From Patescibacteria group bacterium (GTDB lineage: Bacteria > Patescibacteriota > Patescibacteriia > 2-02-FULL-49-11), in the NCBI GenBank assembly GCA_041645165.1, contig JBAZQN010000012.1, positions 636 to 64,635 on the forward strand: DNA of 64,000 nt. The letters run 5' to 3'. Below, piece by piece: positions 10,194-20,066 of the stretch (position 1 is its first letter; every line of letters starts with the position of its first letter). The notes beneath the pieces were generated by a model that saw nothing but the letters and a program-made list of their open reading frames with translations, made no database searches and was not told where the DNA came from. Both the position numbers and the translations under genes were made by a program.

Positions 10194-12461
10194 ATGGCTA
10201 GATATTATCGTGAAGAGCGCCCTCGAATTCCGCGCATGCGGGAAAGAGAGCCTATGTCGCCCGAGACAAAGCGCGCGCTTGGTATTATTTTTTTATTTGC
10301 GCTCGGGATCCTTTCCGTGCTCGCTTTTTTTGATCTCGCTGGGCCGGTAGGAAACACCTGGCGGCTATTTTTGGCTACTTTTTTTGGGCGCGTGGATGTG
10401 CTTGTGCCCCTGCTCTTGCTTACGGTTGCCATGCATACGCTCTTTCCGGAAAGATTCGCAGTGAAGCGGGGACAGTGGTGGGGGGTGGCGTTTCTTATGG
10501 TGGCGCTCATCGGATTGTTTCATCTGCGCATATCCCCGGAAGACGCGCTTGCGGTAATAGGCGAGGAGCGCGGCGGTGGATACCTCGGACTCTTGGTGTC
10601 TTATCCTCTGCGGCAGGTCGCGGGCATCTGGGGCGCGTTGGTCATCCTTTTTGCGTTTGGGCTTGCAGGCCTTATCTTAATGTTTGAAACGAGCATCACG
10701 GGCTTGCTTGCGCCGACGCGGTGGGGTATGCGCGTGATTGCGTGGGTGCGGGACAGGATGCGCAAGGTGGCAAACCTTTGGCACGGGCGATTCGGCAGAG
10801 AAGATGAAGAAGAGAACGAGGAAGTAATGTTTCATAGGCAGGATATAGAGGACGGAGAAGAAGAGTTTTCCCACGAGGCGCCAATGTCTCTTAATGCGGA
10901 AGAAGGCGCGGCAATGGGCGCTCTTCCTATGAGAGAGTTTGATGTGCACACGGTACCGCGGCCGCTCTTTCCTGTGCCGCGCCGCAGAAAGAAAGTGGAT
11001 ATTCCCTTCGAACTCTTAACCGGCAAAGCAGGCAAGCCCACATCGGGCGACATTAGCGCGAATCAGGAGACTATTAGGAAGACGTTTGCGAACTTCGGCA
11101 TTGAAGTGGAAATGGGAGAGGTATCCGTGGGACCCACCGTCACGCAGTTTACGCTGCGGCCTGCGGAAGGGGTGAAGGTATCCCAAATCACCAGCCTTTC
11201 CAATGATATAGCCTTGGCGCTCGCTGCCCATCCTATCAGGATTGAAGCGCCTATCCCTGGGAAGTCATTGGTGGGCATTGAGGTGCCTAACCAGCAGGTG
11301 GCTATCGTGCCGCTCCGAGAGGTTCTCTTAAGCGATGAGTTCAGGAAACGCAATAGTTCGCTTACCATAGCAATTGGTAAAGATGTCGCCGGCAAGCCGT
11401 GGCTGGCGGATGTAGGGAGAATGCCGCACTTGCTCATAGCTGGCGCAACCGGATCAGGGAAATCGGTAATGATCAATAGCTGTATCATCAGCCTGCTCTA
11501 TCAGAACCAGCCTGATGACCTTCGGTTTATCTTGGTGGACCCGAAGCGGGTGGAGCTTACGGTGTATAACGGCCTCCCGCATTTGCTCACGCCAGTCGTC
11601 ACTGAAGTGGACCGGACCATCAATGCCCTGCGGTGGGTAGTGGGAGAAATGGACCGCAGGTTCCAGCTGCTTTCGGAAACGGGAAAGAGGAATATTGAAA
11701 TGTACAACAGTAATGGCGGCGAGCGCCTGCCCTACATCGTGGTGGTGATCGATGAATTGGCGGATCTTATGTCAGTGGCGGCGGCTGAAGTGGAAGCGGC
11801 CATTATACGTCTTGCGCAGATGGCGCGCGCGGTCGGCATTCATCTCATCGTCGCGACCCAGCGGCCTTCGGTAGATATCATTACCGGCCTCATTAAGGCG
11901 AATATTACCTCACGGATCGCGTTTGCCGTGGCGTCTGCGGTGGACTCGCGCACTATCCTTGACATAAGCGGCGCGGAGAAACTTCTGGGTAGAGGCGATC
12001 TGCTCTTTACCACCGCCGAGCTTTCAAAGCCGCGCCGTCTGCAAGGCGCCTATGTGTCTGATGAAGAAATAGAGCGGGTGGTCGCGTATTGGAAAGAGAA
12101 AGGTGGAGAGCCTTCTTATGACGAGGAGATTTTAGAGAAGCGCTCTACGGCGCAAGAGTATCTCGAGGGGGAGGGAGAGGGCGATATGCGCTTAGCGGAA
12201 GCCCGGGAGCTGGTAGTGCGCGCGGGAAAAGCGTCCGCGTCATTCCTCCAGCGCAGGATGAGCGTGGGATACGCGCGGGCCGCGAGGCTTCTTGATCTGT
12301 TGGAAGAAGAAGGCGCCATCGGTCCTGGCGACGGGGCAAAACCCAGAGACGTGCTGGTCACGATTGAAGATTTGCATACGCGGGAATTTACCCCTGAACC
12401 AAGGGAGGAAAAAATGGATCAGAATTCCGATAACATTCCTCAAGAAGAAGATGAGGAATAA
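10194..12461 (+). CDS. ftsK: DNA translocase FtsK/SpoIIIE
   Basis: 755 aa; N-terminal TM helices; Walker A LIAGATGSGKS, Walker B VVVIDELADLM, FtsK motor motifs, C-terminal gamma-like winged helix; true start may be the internal Met at about 10254. Confidence 0.93.
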   Translation: MARYYREERPRIPRMREREPMSPETKRALGIIFLFALGILSVLAFFDLAGPVGNTWRLFLATFFGRVDVLVPLLLLTVAMHTLFPERFAVKRGQWWGVAFLMVALIGLFHLRISPEDALAVIGEERGGGYLGLLVSYPLRQVAGIWGALVILFAFGLAGLILMFETSITGLLAPTRWGMRVIAWVRDRMRKVANLWHGRFGREDEEENEEVMFHRQDIEDGEEEFSHEAPMSLNAEEGAAMGALPMREFDVHTVPRPLFPVPRRRKKVDIPFELLTGKAGKPTSGDISANQETIRKTFANFGIEVEMGEVSVGPTVTQFTLRPAEGVKVSQITSLSNDIALALAAHPIRIEAPIPGKSLVGIEVPNQQVAIVPLREVLLSDEFRKRNSSLTIAIGKDVAGKPWLADVGRMPHLLIAGATGSGKSVMINSCIISLLYQNQPDDLRFILVDPKRVELTVYNGLPHLLTPVVTEVDRTINALRWVVGEMDRRFQLLSETGKRNIEMYNSNGGERLPYIVVVIDELADLMSVAAAEVEAAIIRLAQMARAVGIHLIVATQRPSVDIITGLIKANITSRIAFAVASAVDSRTILDISGAEKLLGRGDLLFTTAELSKPRRLQGAYVSDEEIERVVAYWKEKGGEPSYDEEILEKRSTAQEYLEGEGEGDMRLAEARELVVRAGKASASFLQRRMSVGYARAARLLDLLEEEGAIGPGDGAKPRDVLVTIEDLHTREFTPEPREEKMDQNSDNIPQEEDEE

Positions 12462-12677
12462 TACTCTCGCTTTTGAGGTAGTATAACTGTCCATTCAAGT
12501 TCTTTCCCGCTCAGGAATACACAATTTTTCTGCGGACGCGACCTAGCGTCCCTCGCGCCTAAATCCTCGAAAAATTGGTATTCCCTCACTTCTCGGTTTA
12601 AATAAGACAAAGCAGATAAGGTGGGGCATTGACAGTAAGTGTCGCAGTAGGGTATAAGGAGGAGAACTAAGAATACT

Positions 12678-12907
12678 ATGCCCCGCAATACAACATCCAA
12701 GAGGGAGGCAGATATCCCTGTGCAGAGAAAGGGTGTGATATAAGGGAATTCGTATGTGTGCATTGAGAGGCACATTTATAGCCTCCCTCATCAATCGCCA
12801 AACGTTATCTTCAAACTTTGTTATGAATCGCTACTCCAAGGTCGCATTCAATCTAGGTGTTAGTACCATGCCAGACGCGTTTGGCGTGGGATGTTGATAT
12901 ACGGGGT
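12678..12907 (+). repeat. Repeat family C copy 1 (about 230-nt leader-like structured element ending at the start codon of the downstream gene)
   Basis: atgccccgcaatacaacatccaagagggaggcag ... gcctccctcatcaatcgccaaac ... gcgtgggatgttgatatacggggt, immediately followed by ATG at 12908; second copy at 17042-17276. Confidence 0.6.
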
Positions 12908-13606
12908 ATGAAAATATTTCGTGCGAAAGCAATTAAGCAGAAAGAGACGATTGGGGAAATACTTATGCGTGCGCGGGAAAGGGCGCATCTCACGCGCGCG
13001 CAAGCAGCCCTTGCGGTGGGCGTGCAAGAGCATTATCTGGTGGCGCTTGAAGAGAACCGATGGCACGACCTTCCAGGAGTCCTTTATGTGCGGCGTTACC
13101 TTGAGCAATATGCGAAGTATTTAGGGGTGGTACCCAAGACGCTTCTGGCACAATTAAAAACTCAGCTCATCCATGACCATTGGAGCAGTGCGCCCAAACC
13201 TCAAAGCTGTACCCGCGCGCATTTAGTCGTGTGGCCGCAGCGGCTGCGGCGCATCGCTATGGCCGCAGTACTCCTTGCCATAGTCGGGTACCTCGGCATG
13301 CAGTTGATAGCACTCACCAACCCGCCTCCGCTTGCCGTTGATTATCCGCCTGACGGATTCGTCACTCATCTTGAATCCATCACCGTATCAGGCAGCACGG
13401 AACCAGAAGCGCGTCTCATGGTTAATAATGAGGCGGTCACGGTGCGCGCTGACGGGACTTTTTCTGTTTCCCTTACTCTCGCGAAAGGGGTAAACTATAT
13501 ACATCTTTCGGTGGCACGGCGTTTTGGCAGGGAGAGGATTTTGGAACGCCGTGTCGTGCGCGATGGCGCCACAGGAATGAGAGTACGCCAAAGTGCGGCG
13601 CCATAA
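12908..13606 (+). CDS. RodZ-like cytoskeleton protein (XRE-type HTH, single TM, C-terminal beta domain)
   Basis: HTH ETIGEILMRARERAHLTRAQAALAVGV, TM LRRIAMAAVLLAIVGYLGMQLIAL, then a soluble C-terminal domain; track ORF 12857 (GTG) extends into repeat C and the ATG at 12908 sits right after the conserved repeat end. Confidence 0.6.
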   Translation: MKIFRAKAIKQKETIGEILMRARERAHLTRAQAALAVGVQEHYLVALEENRWHDLPGVLYVRRYLEQYAKYLGVVPKTLLAQLKTQLIHDHWSSAPKPQSCTRAHLVVWPQRLRRIAMAAVLLAIVGYLGMQLIALTNPPPLAVDYPPDGFVTHLESITVSGSTEPEARLMVNNEAVTVRADGTFSVSLTLAKGVNYIHLSVARRFGRERILERRVVRDGATGMRVRQSAAP

Positions 13607-13636
13607 TTCTTGAAACATACCTTATTATAATTTTCA

Positions 13637-14716
13637 GTGTCTATGCCTAAAATAAAAACTTCAAGTACTGACCGGTCTAAGGGCGCGGAAGCGGCGATCC
13701 ATGAGATAAAAGAACGGTTTGGCGAGGGTGCGATAATGCGTTTTGGCGAGGCGCGCGCCAAGGAAGTGCCGGCAGTGTCCACCGATTGCCTTTCATTGGA
13801 TATTGCGCTGGGGGTGGGCGGCGTGCCGCGCGGAAGAATTATCGAAATTTTTGGGCCCGAAGCTTCAGGCAAGACGACGCTGGCTCAGCATATCGTGGCA
13901 GAGGTGCAGCGGTTAGGCGGTATTGCCGCTTTTGTGGATGCGGAGCATGCGCTCGACCCAGAATATGCGCGCAAAATCGGAGTAAACGTGGACGAACTCT
14001 TAATTTCCCAGCCTGACACCGGCGAGCAAGCGCTTGATATCGTGGAAACGCTCGTGCGCTCGAATTCCGTGGACATCATAGTGATCGATTCTGTCGCGGC
14101 GCTCACGCCCAAGGCGGAAATCGAAGGAGAGATGGGCCAACAGCATATGGGACTGCAGGCGCGGCTTATGTCCCAGGCTTTGAGGAAGCTCACGGCGATT
14201 GTGTCAAAGTCAAACACGATCGTCATTTTTATCAACCAAATCCGTTTGAAGATAGGCGTATTTTTCGGCAATCCCGAAACCACGACCGGCGGGACTGCGC
14301 TTAAATTTTATTCTTCCGTGCGCATCGAGGTGCGGCGTTCTGCGCAGCTCAAGTCTCAAGAGCGCATCATAGGCCATCGCACGAAAGCGAAGGTGGTGAA
14401 AAATAAAGTGGCTGCCCCTTTCCGAACTTGCGAGTTTGACATCATGTTTAATGAAGGGATTTCGATCGCAGGAGACACGCTCGATACCGGGCTCCAATTC
14501 GGCGTGGTCGAGAAATCAGGCAATTCTTATGTATTCGGAGAAGAAAAGCTGGGGGTCGGTCACGAGGTCGCGCGGAAATTCTTGAAAGACCATCAGGAAA
14601 TCCTGAAAGCGATTAAGGCGCGCGTGTGGGAAAAGGTGCGCGAGAAAGAGGCGGCAGAGGCGCAAGAAGGCATGACCGCAACCCCTGCGGGCGAGGAAGA
14701 GGAGGCGGGGAGGTAG
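13637..14716 (+). CDS. recA: Recombinase RecA
   Basis: 359 aa; Walker [12 protein letters not shown], loop L1/L2 regions, near-full-length conservation with bacterial RecA. Confidence 0.97.
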   Translation: MSMPKIKTSSTDRSKGAEAAIHEIKERFGEGAIMRFGEARAKEVPAVSTDCLSLDIALGVGGVPRGRIIEIFGPEASGKTTLAQHIVAEVQRLGGIAAFVDAEHALDPEYARKIGVNVDELLISQPDTGEQALDIVETLVRSNSVDIIVIDSVAALTPKAEIEGEMGQQHMGLQARLMSQALRKLTAIVSKSNTIVIFINQIRLKIGVFFGNPETTTGGTALKFYSSVRIEVRRSAQLKSQERIIGHRTKAKVVKNKVAAPFRTCEFDIMFNEGISIAGDTLDTGLQFGVVEKSGNSYVFGEEKLGVGHEVARKFLKDHQEILKAIKARVWEKVREKEAAEAQEGMTATPAGEEEEAGR

Positions 14717-14754
14717 TCGAGTTCAACTGTTTTTCAGTTTATCAGTTTTCAGTT

Positions 14755-14784
14755 AGAAAAAAATCGCCCCGCAAATGCGGGGCG
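14755..14784 (-). terminator. Rho-independent terminator of efp (shared with the recA 3' end)
   Basis: cgccccgc-aaa-gcggggcg stem; on the minus strand it is followed by TTTTTTT. Confidence 0.7.
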
Positions 14785-14807
14785 GTATATATTTGCGCTT
14801 GTAGGGT

Positions 14808-15380
14808 TCAGGTGACCCGTTCGGTGTATTCTCCGGTATCGGTGTTGATGCGGATGAGGTCGCCTTCTTTTACGAAGAGCGGGGTGCGAATGGTGGCGCC
14901 GGTTTCGAGCGTCACTTCTTTGGTGACATTTCCTGACGCGGTGTCCCCTTTAACCGCGGCGTCGGCTTCCGTGACACGGAGGTCGATTTTTTTCGGGAGC
15001 TGGACCGAGATGGGCATTTCATCAAAACGGAGCACTTCCACCTCCTGTCCTTCTTTCAGAAAATTTTTCCCCTCGCCTATTTCTGACGCATTGATAAAAA
15101 ATTGGTCATACGTTTCCTGATCCATGAAGTAGTATTGGCTGTCTTGCGCATAGAGAAAAGTAGCCTTTTTGCGGGTAATGTCAGCTTCTTCCACGCGTTC
15201 GCCGGGCTTGAAGCTGTATTCAATCACTTTGCCGGAGCGGAGATTTTTCAATTTGGTCTGCATGACAGGCTTGCGCTGCTGCATGCGCATGAAAGACGCA
15301 TCCATGACAATGCAGGGCTCGCCTTGATAATTAAGGACTATTCCTTTTTTGATGTCATTGAGGGAGGATAATACTGCCAT
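14808..15380 (-). CDS. efp: Elongation factor P
   Basis: 190 aa; KPGKG-type loop region (FKPGERVEEA), three OB/KOW-like domains; length and conservation typical. Confidence 0.93.
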   Translation of the reverse strand: MAVLSSLNDIKKGIVLNYQGEPCIVMDASFMRMQQRKPVMQTKLKNLRSGKVIEYSFKPGERVEEADITRKKATFLYAQDSQYYFMDQETYDQFFINASEIGEGKNFLKEGQEVEVLRFDEMPISVQLPKKIDLRVTEADAAVKGDTASGNVTKEVTLETGATIRTPLFVKEGDLIRINTDTGEYTERVT

Positions 15381-15485
15381 ATAAAAATTCCGCGTAGATC
15401 AGCGTCATTATCTGTGTTGATCTGCTTCTATTAGTGTAGAAGCGGAAGGACGCAGATAGTAACGCAGAAGAACGCAGAAAGTAAT

Positions 15486-15725
15486 TTACTTAGTAAACGC
15501 AAACAATCCCATGATGCGTGCGCGCTTTATGGCACGCGCTACTTTGCGCTGATGAGTGGCGCACAAGCCCGATTTGCGCTTTGGCACAATCTTCGCAAAG
15601 TGCGACACAAAACGCTGAAGGGTCATTGCATCCTTATAGGATACGCTGTGGAGATTGTTGATGCAGAAGTAGCAGTGTTTCTCTACTGGCTGCGATTGCT
15701 GGCTGGGAGAAGAGGTGAAGGGCAT
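15486..15725 (-). CDS. rpsR: 30S ribosomal protein S18
   Basis: 79 aa; CYFC...SYKDAMTLQRFVSHFAKIVPKRKSGLCATHQRKVARAIKRAR matches S18; downstream of rpsF-ssb on the same strand. Confidence 0.93.
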   Translation of the reverse strand: MPFTSSPSQQSQPVEKHCYFCINNLHSVSYKDAMTLQRFVSHFAKIVPKRKSGLCATHQRKVARAIKRARIMGLFAFTK

Positions 15726-15770
15726 ATCTTAGTGTAAATCCTAAATTCTAAGCTCTAAAGCCTAAACTCA

Positions 15771-15796
15771 CGCCTGAGGCGGATCCGCCTCAGGCG
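15771..15796. promoter_or_regulatory. 26-bp perfect palindrome (cgcctgaggcGGATCCgcctcaggcg) between ssb and rpsR, flanked by an imperfect ctaaa-rich inverted repeat
   Basis: Exact inverted repeat read directly; sits inside the rpsF-ssb-rpsR operon spacer. Confidence 0.5.
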
Positions 15797-15896
15797 GAAA
15801 ATTCAAAATTCAAAATGATCGAAATTTCAAACGTTTTGGATTTTGAACATTTGGATTTGGTATTTGTTTAGGATTTAGGTTTTAAAGTTTATCAAT

Positions 15897-16331
15897 CTAG
15901 AATGGTATTTCTTCAACATTGATCACTGGTTCTTGGGGGGCGGCAGCAGCGGGAGACTGGTCTTCGAGGGGCGATGCGGAGGGTGCCGCATTTGACGGGG
16001 TAGTCTGCCGGTCGAGCATGATAAGGTTTTCCGCAACTATTTCAGTGCGATAGCGTTTCTGTTTTTGCTGATCTTCCCATTGACGCGTCTGTATGCGGCC
16101 TTCCACATACACTTTCGATCCTTTGCGGAGATACTGCCCGCAAATTTCCGCAAGCTTCCTCCATGCGACAATATTATGGTATTCCACTTTTTCTTGGCGG
16201 TTGCCGCTCGGATCAGTCCATCGCAGGTTGGTGGCGACCGAAAAGGTGGTGACCGGCGTGCCATCAGGCGTGGTGCGCGCTTCAGGGTCGCGCGTAAGGT
16301 TGCCGATAAGGAGCGCTTTATTGAGGTTCAT
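15897..16331 (-). CDS. ssb: Single-stranded DNA-binding protein
   Basis: 144 aa; OB fold N-terminus (ALLIGNLTRDPE, NIVAWRKLAE), Pro/Ala-rich linker, acidic C-terminal tail ending EEIPF. Confidence 0.93.
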   Translation of the reverse strand: MNLNKALLIGNLTRDPEARTTPDGTPVTTFSVATNLRWTDPSGNRQEKVEYHNIVAWRKLAEICGQYLRKGSKVYVEGRIQTRQWEDQQKQKRYRTEIVAENLIMLDRQTTPSNAAPSASPLEDQSPAAAAPQEPVINVEEIPF

Positions 16332-16433
16332 ACCCGCTTAAATTTTGCACCTATTACAGTGCATTATATTATGATAAAAAACGCTTAGTTTATTTCATCA
16401 AACCTTTTCATTCTCGCAAAACTTAGGCGGGCA

Positions 16434-16868
16434 TTATGCTATTTCTTCAGAAATGAGTTCTTCTAGTTTCTTGTCAAGTTCTTCAAAGCTCACTTTTTCC
16501 GTGATCTTGGAAGCGGTGGTTGGCACAGGCATAGGAGCAGTGAAGCGGTGAGGCCGCGTCCTCCGTTTCCCTTTCTTACCCATCGTATGCTCTTCTTGCA
16601 CGATTTGGTAACGGGTGATGGCGGTTTCAAGCGAGAGTACCTCCTTCAGTTTTGGCAACACTGATGCTTCTGCCTCGAAAATGATATTACCGTAGTAGCC
16701 ATGGCGCTGGTTTTGGATAGGATACGCGAGTTTCCGCCGCCCCAGATTTTCATCGCGGATAATAGTCGCGTTGATAGATTTGAGATAATCGCTTATTTTA
16801 TTCTTCACTTCATCACTGGGCGTTTCTTCGGTTTGCGAAGGGAGAATATAGAGGAGATCGTAGCGCAT
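16434..16868 (-). CDS. rpsF: 30S ribosomal protein S6 (with C-terminal extension)
   Basis: MRYDLLYIL...NLGRRKLAYPI N-terminal S6 domain; rpsF-ssb-rpsR synteny. Confidence 0.88.
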   Translation of the reverse strand: MRYDLLYILPSQTEETPSDEVKNKISDYLKSINATIIRDENLGRRKLAYPIQNQRHGYYGNIIFEAEASVLPKLKEVLSLETAITRYQIVQEEHTMGKKGKRRTRPHRFTAPMPVPTTASKITEKVSFEELDKKLEELISEEIA

Positions 16869-17041
16869 AGTTTATCTAAAATTTCATAACGGAGACCTCC
16901 CCTCGCGTGTCCCCTCCTTAGTAAGGAGGGGATGGGGTGGTTTCCAAAATTTAAACAATATTCTTTTTTAAGAGGTTCTTTGATTACCCTATCATAATCG
17001 TTAAGATTGGTCAAACGCAATCACTCTGGTATACTTTTAAT

Positions 17042-17276
17042 ATGCCCCGTAATACAACATCCAAGAGGGAGGCAGGAGTCTTAAGAGTATGCAGGTAGGG
17101 TAGTAAGTGTAGCTAATGTCACAAGAAGAAAAGTAGAAAAGTTTATTGCGAGCCTCCCTCACCGATCGCCACACCCACGATAAACCTTGATATGCATTAT
17201 TCTATGCCAGTCGCATTCATTTACCATAATCATCTAACGCCCTCCGTGTGTGGCGTTGGATGTTGATATACGGGGT
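17042..17276 (+). repeat. Repeat family C copy 2 (structured leader-like element)
   Basis: Same atgccccg(c/t)aatacaacatccaagagggaggcag / gcctccctca / gcgttggatgttgatatacggggt blocks as 12678-12907, again ending right before the start codon (GTG 17277) of the downstream gene. Confidence 0.6.
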
Positions 17277-18530
17277 GTGAAATACGCATTTTTTTTAGGA
17301 AATACACCCGCGCTGTCTCTGGCGGAGCTCTTTGCCGTGAGCGCGCGCTTAGGGGTGGATTTAAAAATTGTGCGATGGAGCAAGGAAGTGGCGCTCGGTG
17401 AGACTGCGAGCAATGTGAGTATGGATCAGCTGTTTCACGCGCTTGCGGGTTTGGTCAAAGTAGCAGAAATAACCAAGGCAGTTCCCGGCGCCCTTACGGC
17501 GGAGCAGGTACGATCCATGCTGCCCACTACGGGAAGGAAATTATTTTTTGGCTTATCCGCATACGTGCTCGAGCCTAGCGCCAGAGCAATAGATTGCCGC
17601 AAGCTTGGCCTCGGCGTCAAGCGCCTGCTTAGTGAAGAGGAGCGGAGCGCGCGTTTTGTCACCTCCCGCGAAGATACGCTTTCGTCGGTGGTTATCAATA
17701 CCAATAAATTACTGTCGGAGCGCGGGGCAGAAATTGTGGTGCTGTCTTTGCCCAACGGCGCTTATCTGGGGAGAACGCTCGCGGTGCAGCCGTATGAGGA
17801 ATATGCGCAGCGTGATATGGAAAGGCCGGCACGGGACGCCAAGATAGGAATGCTGCCTCCTAAAATTGCGAGGATGATGGTGAACCTTGCCCGAATGAGC
17901 CCGGGTGAGACACTGCTAGACCCTTTTTGCGGTTCCGGTACGGTGCTGCAAGAGGCGGCGCTTTTGGGGATTGACCGTCTTTTGGGCAGCGATCGTGACA
18001 AGAAAGCAGTTGAACGCACCCGCATAAATCTTGAATGGCTCGGCAATTTTACGTCGCAGATGAAGACCGCGTCATTTTCTATGCAATTAATCGCGTGCAG
18101 CATAGAAGAATTGCCTGCGCATATGCCCCAAGGCGGTATACATGCGATTGTCACCGAGCCTTACCTGGGACCGCCGCGGATAAAGCCATTATCCCCGGAA
18201 GAGGTGCCGCAGATGCGCATGGAGCTTGCGTCCCTGTATCGCCGCGCGTTTGCATCATTTACCCGAGTGCTTGCACCGGGAGGACGCGTGGTGATGATAT
18301 GGCCGGTGTGGAGAGTAGCGGGGAAATCCGTATCAAGAACTGCGGTGGCGTTCCTCGACCTTGAGCGCGCGGCGCAGGAGGCAGGACTCGCTGTCATCGA
18401 TCCGTTTCTTGAACATTTGCGCCCGGTCCCCGGCGCCGAGCACGGGTATCTCAAAGAGCGGCACTCGCTCCTGTATCAGCGCGAGGATCAGCAGGTGATG
18501 AGGGAGATACGGATATTTAAAAAAACATGA
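17277..18530 (+). CDS. Putative RNA (guanine-N2/adenine-N6-type) methyltransferase, UPF0020/Trm11-like with THUMP-like N-terminus
   Basis: SAM motif I LLDPFCGSGTVLQEAALLG, motif IV-like IVTEPYLGPP; track ORF starts at GTG 17250 inside repeat C, the analogous start is GTG 17277. Confidence 0.65.
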   Translation: MKYAFFLGNTPALSLAELFAVSARLGVDLKIVRWSKEVALGETASNVSMDQLFHALAGLVKVAEITKAVPGALTAEQVRSMLPTTGRKLFFGLSAYVLEPSARAIDCRKLGLGVKRLLSEEERSARFVTSREDTLSSVVINTNKLLSERGAEIVVLSLPNGAYLGRTLAVQPYEEYAQRDMERPARDAKIGMLPPKIARMMVNLARMSPGETLLDPFCGSGTVLQEAALLGIDRLLGSDRDKKAVERTRINLEWLGNFTSQMKTASFSMQLIACSIEELPAHMPQGGIHAIVTEPYLGPPRIKPLSPEEVPQMRMELASLYRRAFASFTRVLAPGGRVVMIWPVWRVAGKSVSRTAVAFLDLERAAQEAGLAVIDPFLEHLRPVPGAEHGYLKERHSLLYQREDQQVMREIRIFKKT

Positions 18531-18567
18531 TACAATACTCAATTGCTATTCAAATTCCGATTCCATC

Positions 18568-18687
18568 GTCATTCCCGCCCCGTATCACGGTACGGGGTAA
18601 ACTCCGGCGGGAATCCAGAAAATTAAAGTAAAATCGATGTTTTGTTTGTTTTTTATGTCTGGATTCCAGATCTCGGTCTGGAATGAC
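18568..18687. mobile_element. MITE-like element family A copy 1 (TIRs gtcattcccgcc ... ggaatgac, internal ccccgtatcacggtacgggg hairpin)
   Basis: Terminal inverted repeats and conserved core (ggaatccagaaaa...aaaatcgat...tttgtt...tctggattcc) shared with copies at 35969-36144, 38009-38131 and a partial copy at 47472-47590. Confidence 0.7.
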
Positions 18688-18784
18688 AATCGGAATTAGG
18701 TTAGCAAGTTAGTATAATCTGCAAATAAATACTAATGATACGAATACCTACCAATCCAATATTCAAACACATTCGCAGCCATTA

Positions 18785-18899
18785 GCCCGCCTGCCAACGT
18801 CTGTCATTAATGAATGTGCTACCCTTGGTGTATGCACTAACCTTTCTCATCGCTCCCTACCTAAGGGTAAGGCTATGGCGGGCAGGTATCATTCGCATG
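18785..18899 (+). repeat. Repeat family B copy 2 (downstream of ychF)
   Basis: Near-identical to 20067-20181 (cccgcctgccaacg(t/c)ctgtcattaatgaatgt...ctacctaa(g/a)ggtaaggctatggcgggcaggtatcattcgcatg); similarity extends about 50 bp on each side. Confidence 0.7.
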
Positions 18900-18940
18900 A
18901 ATTCGTATATTGGTATTAGCCTTAGTATATTGATATCAAA

Positions 18941-20002
18941 TTATACACTAAATCTAAAATGGACGACGTCTCCGTCTTGAACCATGTACTCTTTCCCTTC
19001 GAGGCGTAAGGTGCCTTGTTCTTTTGCCTTAGCTTCCCCTCCTGCCTGCACGAAGTTTTCGTAGCCAATCACTTCTGCCGTGATAAATCCGCGCTCGAAA
19101 TCTGAATGGATGACGCCCGCCGCGTGGGGCGCTTTGGACCCCCTGCGCACCGTCCAAGCCCTTGTTTCCTTTGGGCCGGTGGTAAAGAAAGTGATGAGGT
19201 CGAGCGTTTCGTAGGCGGCGTGGATGAGTTTGAAGAGGCCAGTGCGCACAAGGCCGAGCTCTTTGAGGTCATCATCCGAGAGTTCAGCGAGATCTGCCTC
19301 TTTTTTTATATCCATCGTTATGACGCCCTCTCTTTCGTTCTCCACCTTACCAGGGGGAGAGACAGTGGGGGTGTTTTGTTCTGTGATATTAAGCACAAAA
19401 AGGAGCGGCTTTACGGTGAGCAGGTTTAAGTCCTTTATTTTTTCCTGTTCTTCTGCGCTCAAATGCGCTTCATTTACCCAATTGCCTTGGTCGAGCGCGC
19501 GTTTGCATTTTTCGTAAACCGCAAAGAGCTCCCGCGCTTCCTTAATGCCGGCGTGCGCGCTTCCCTCGATTGACGTAATGCGTTTCGCGACGGTGGCAAG
19601 GTCCGCCATGGCAAGCTCAAGGTGGATGGTCTCCTGGTCGCGTGTGGGATCCACCGAGCCTTCTACATGGAGCACATTCGGGTCTGGGAACGCCCGCAGC
19701 ACCTCGCAAATGGCGTCTGTTTCGCGGATATGGGAAAGGAATTGGTTCCCCAAACCCTCTCCTTTATGCGCGTTTTTTACCAACCCTGCGATATCCACGA
19801 ATTCCACGATGGTGGGGATAATCTCCTTTGAATCGCTAAGGCGAGCGAGCATCTCCAGCCTCTCATCCGGCACTTTCACGACGCCCACGTTGGGGTCAAT
19901 GGTGCAAAAAGGGTAATTCGAAGCATCCACTTGCTTTTTCGTAAGTGCGTTAAACAAGGTGGATTTGCCGACGTTCGGGAGGCCGACGATGCCGATTTGC
20001 AT
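18941..20002 (-). CDS. ychF: Ribosome-binding ATPase YchF (Obg family), TGS C-terminal domain
   Basis: MQIGIVGLPNVGKSTLFNALTK...NYPFCTIDPNVGVV N-terminal G domain; TGS domain at the C-terminus; the track ORF (start 20119) is a 39-codon read-through of repeat B, true ATG at 20002. Confidence 0.92.
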   Translation of the reverse strand: MQIGIVGLPNVGKSTLFNALTKKQVDASNYPFCTIDPNVGVVKVPDERLEMLARLSDSKEIIPTIVEFVDIAGLVKNAHKGEGLGNQFLSHIRETDAICEVLRAFPDPNVLHVEGSVDPTRDQETIHLELAMADLATVAKRITSIEGSAHAGIKEARELFAVYEKCKRALDQGNWVNEAHLSAEEQEKIKDLNLLTVKPLLFVLNITEQNTPTVSPPGKVENEREGVITMDIKKEADLAELSDDDLKELGLVRTGLFKLIHAAYETLDLITFFTTGPKETRAWTVRRGSKAPHAAGVIHSDFERGFITAEVIGYENFVQAGGEAKAKEQGTLRLEGKEYMVQDGDVVHFRFSV

Positions 20003-20066
20003 AGATATGATACTAATATACGAATGAATACTAATGATACCAATACCTACGAATTCGAAGTGATTC

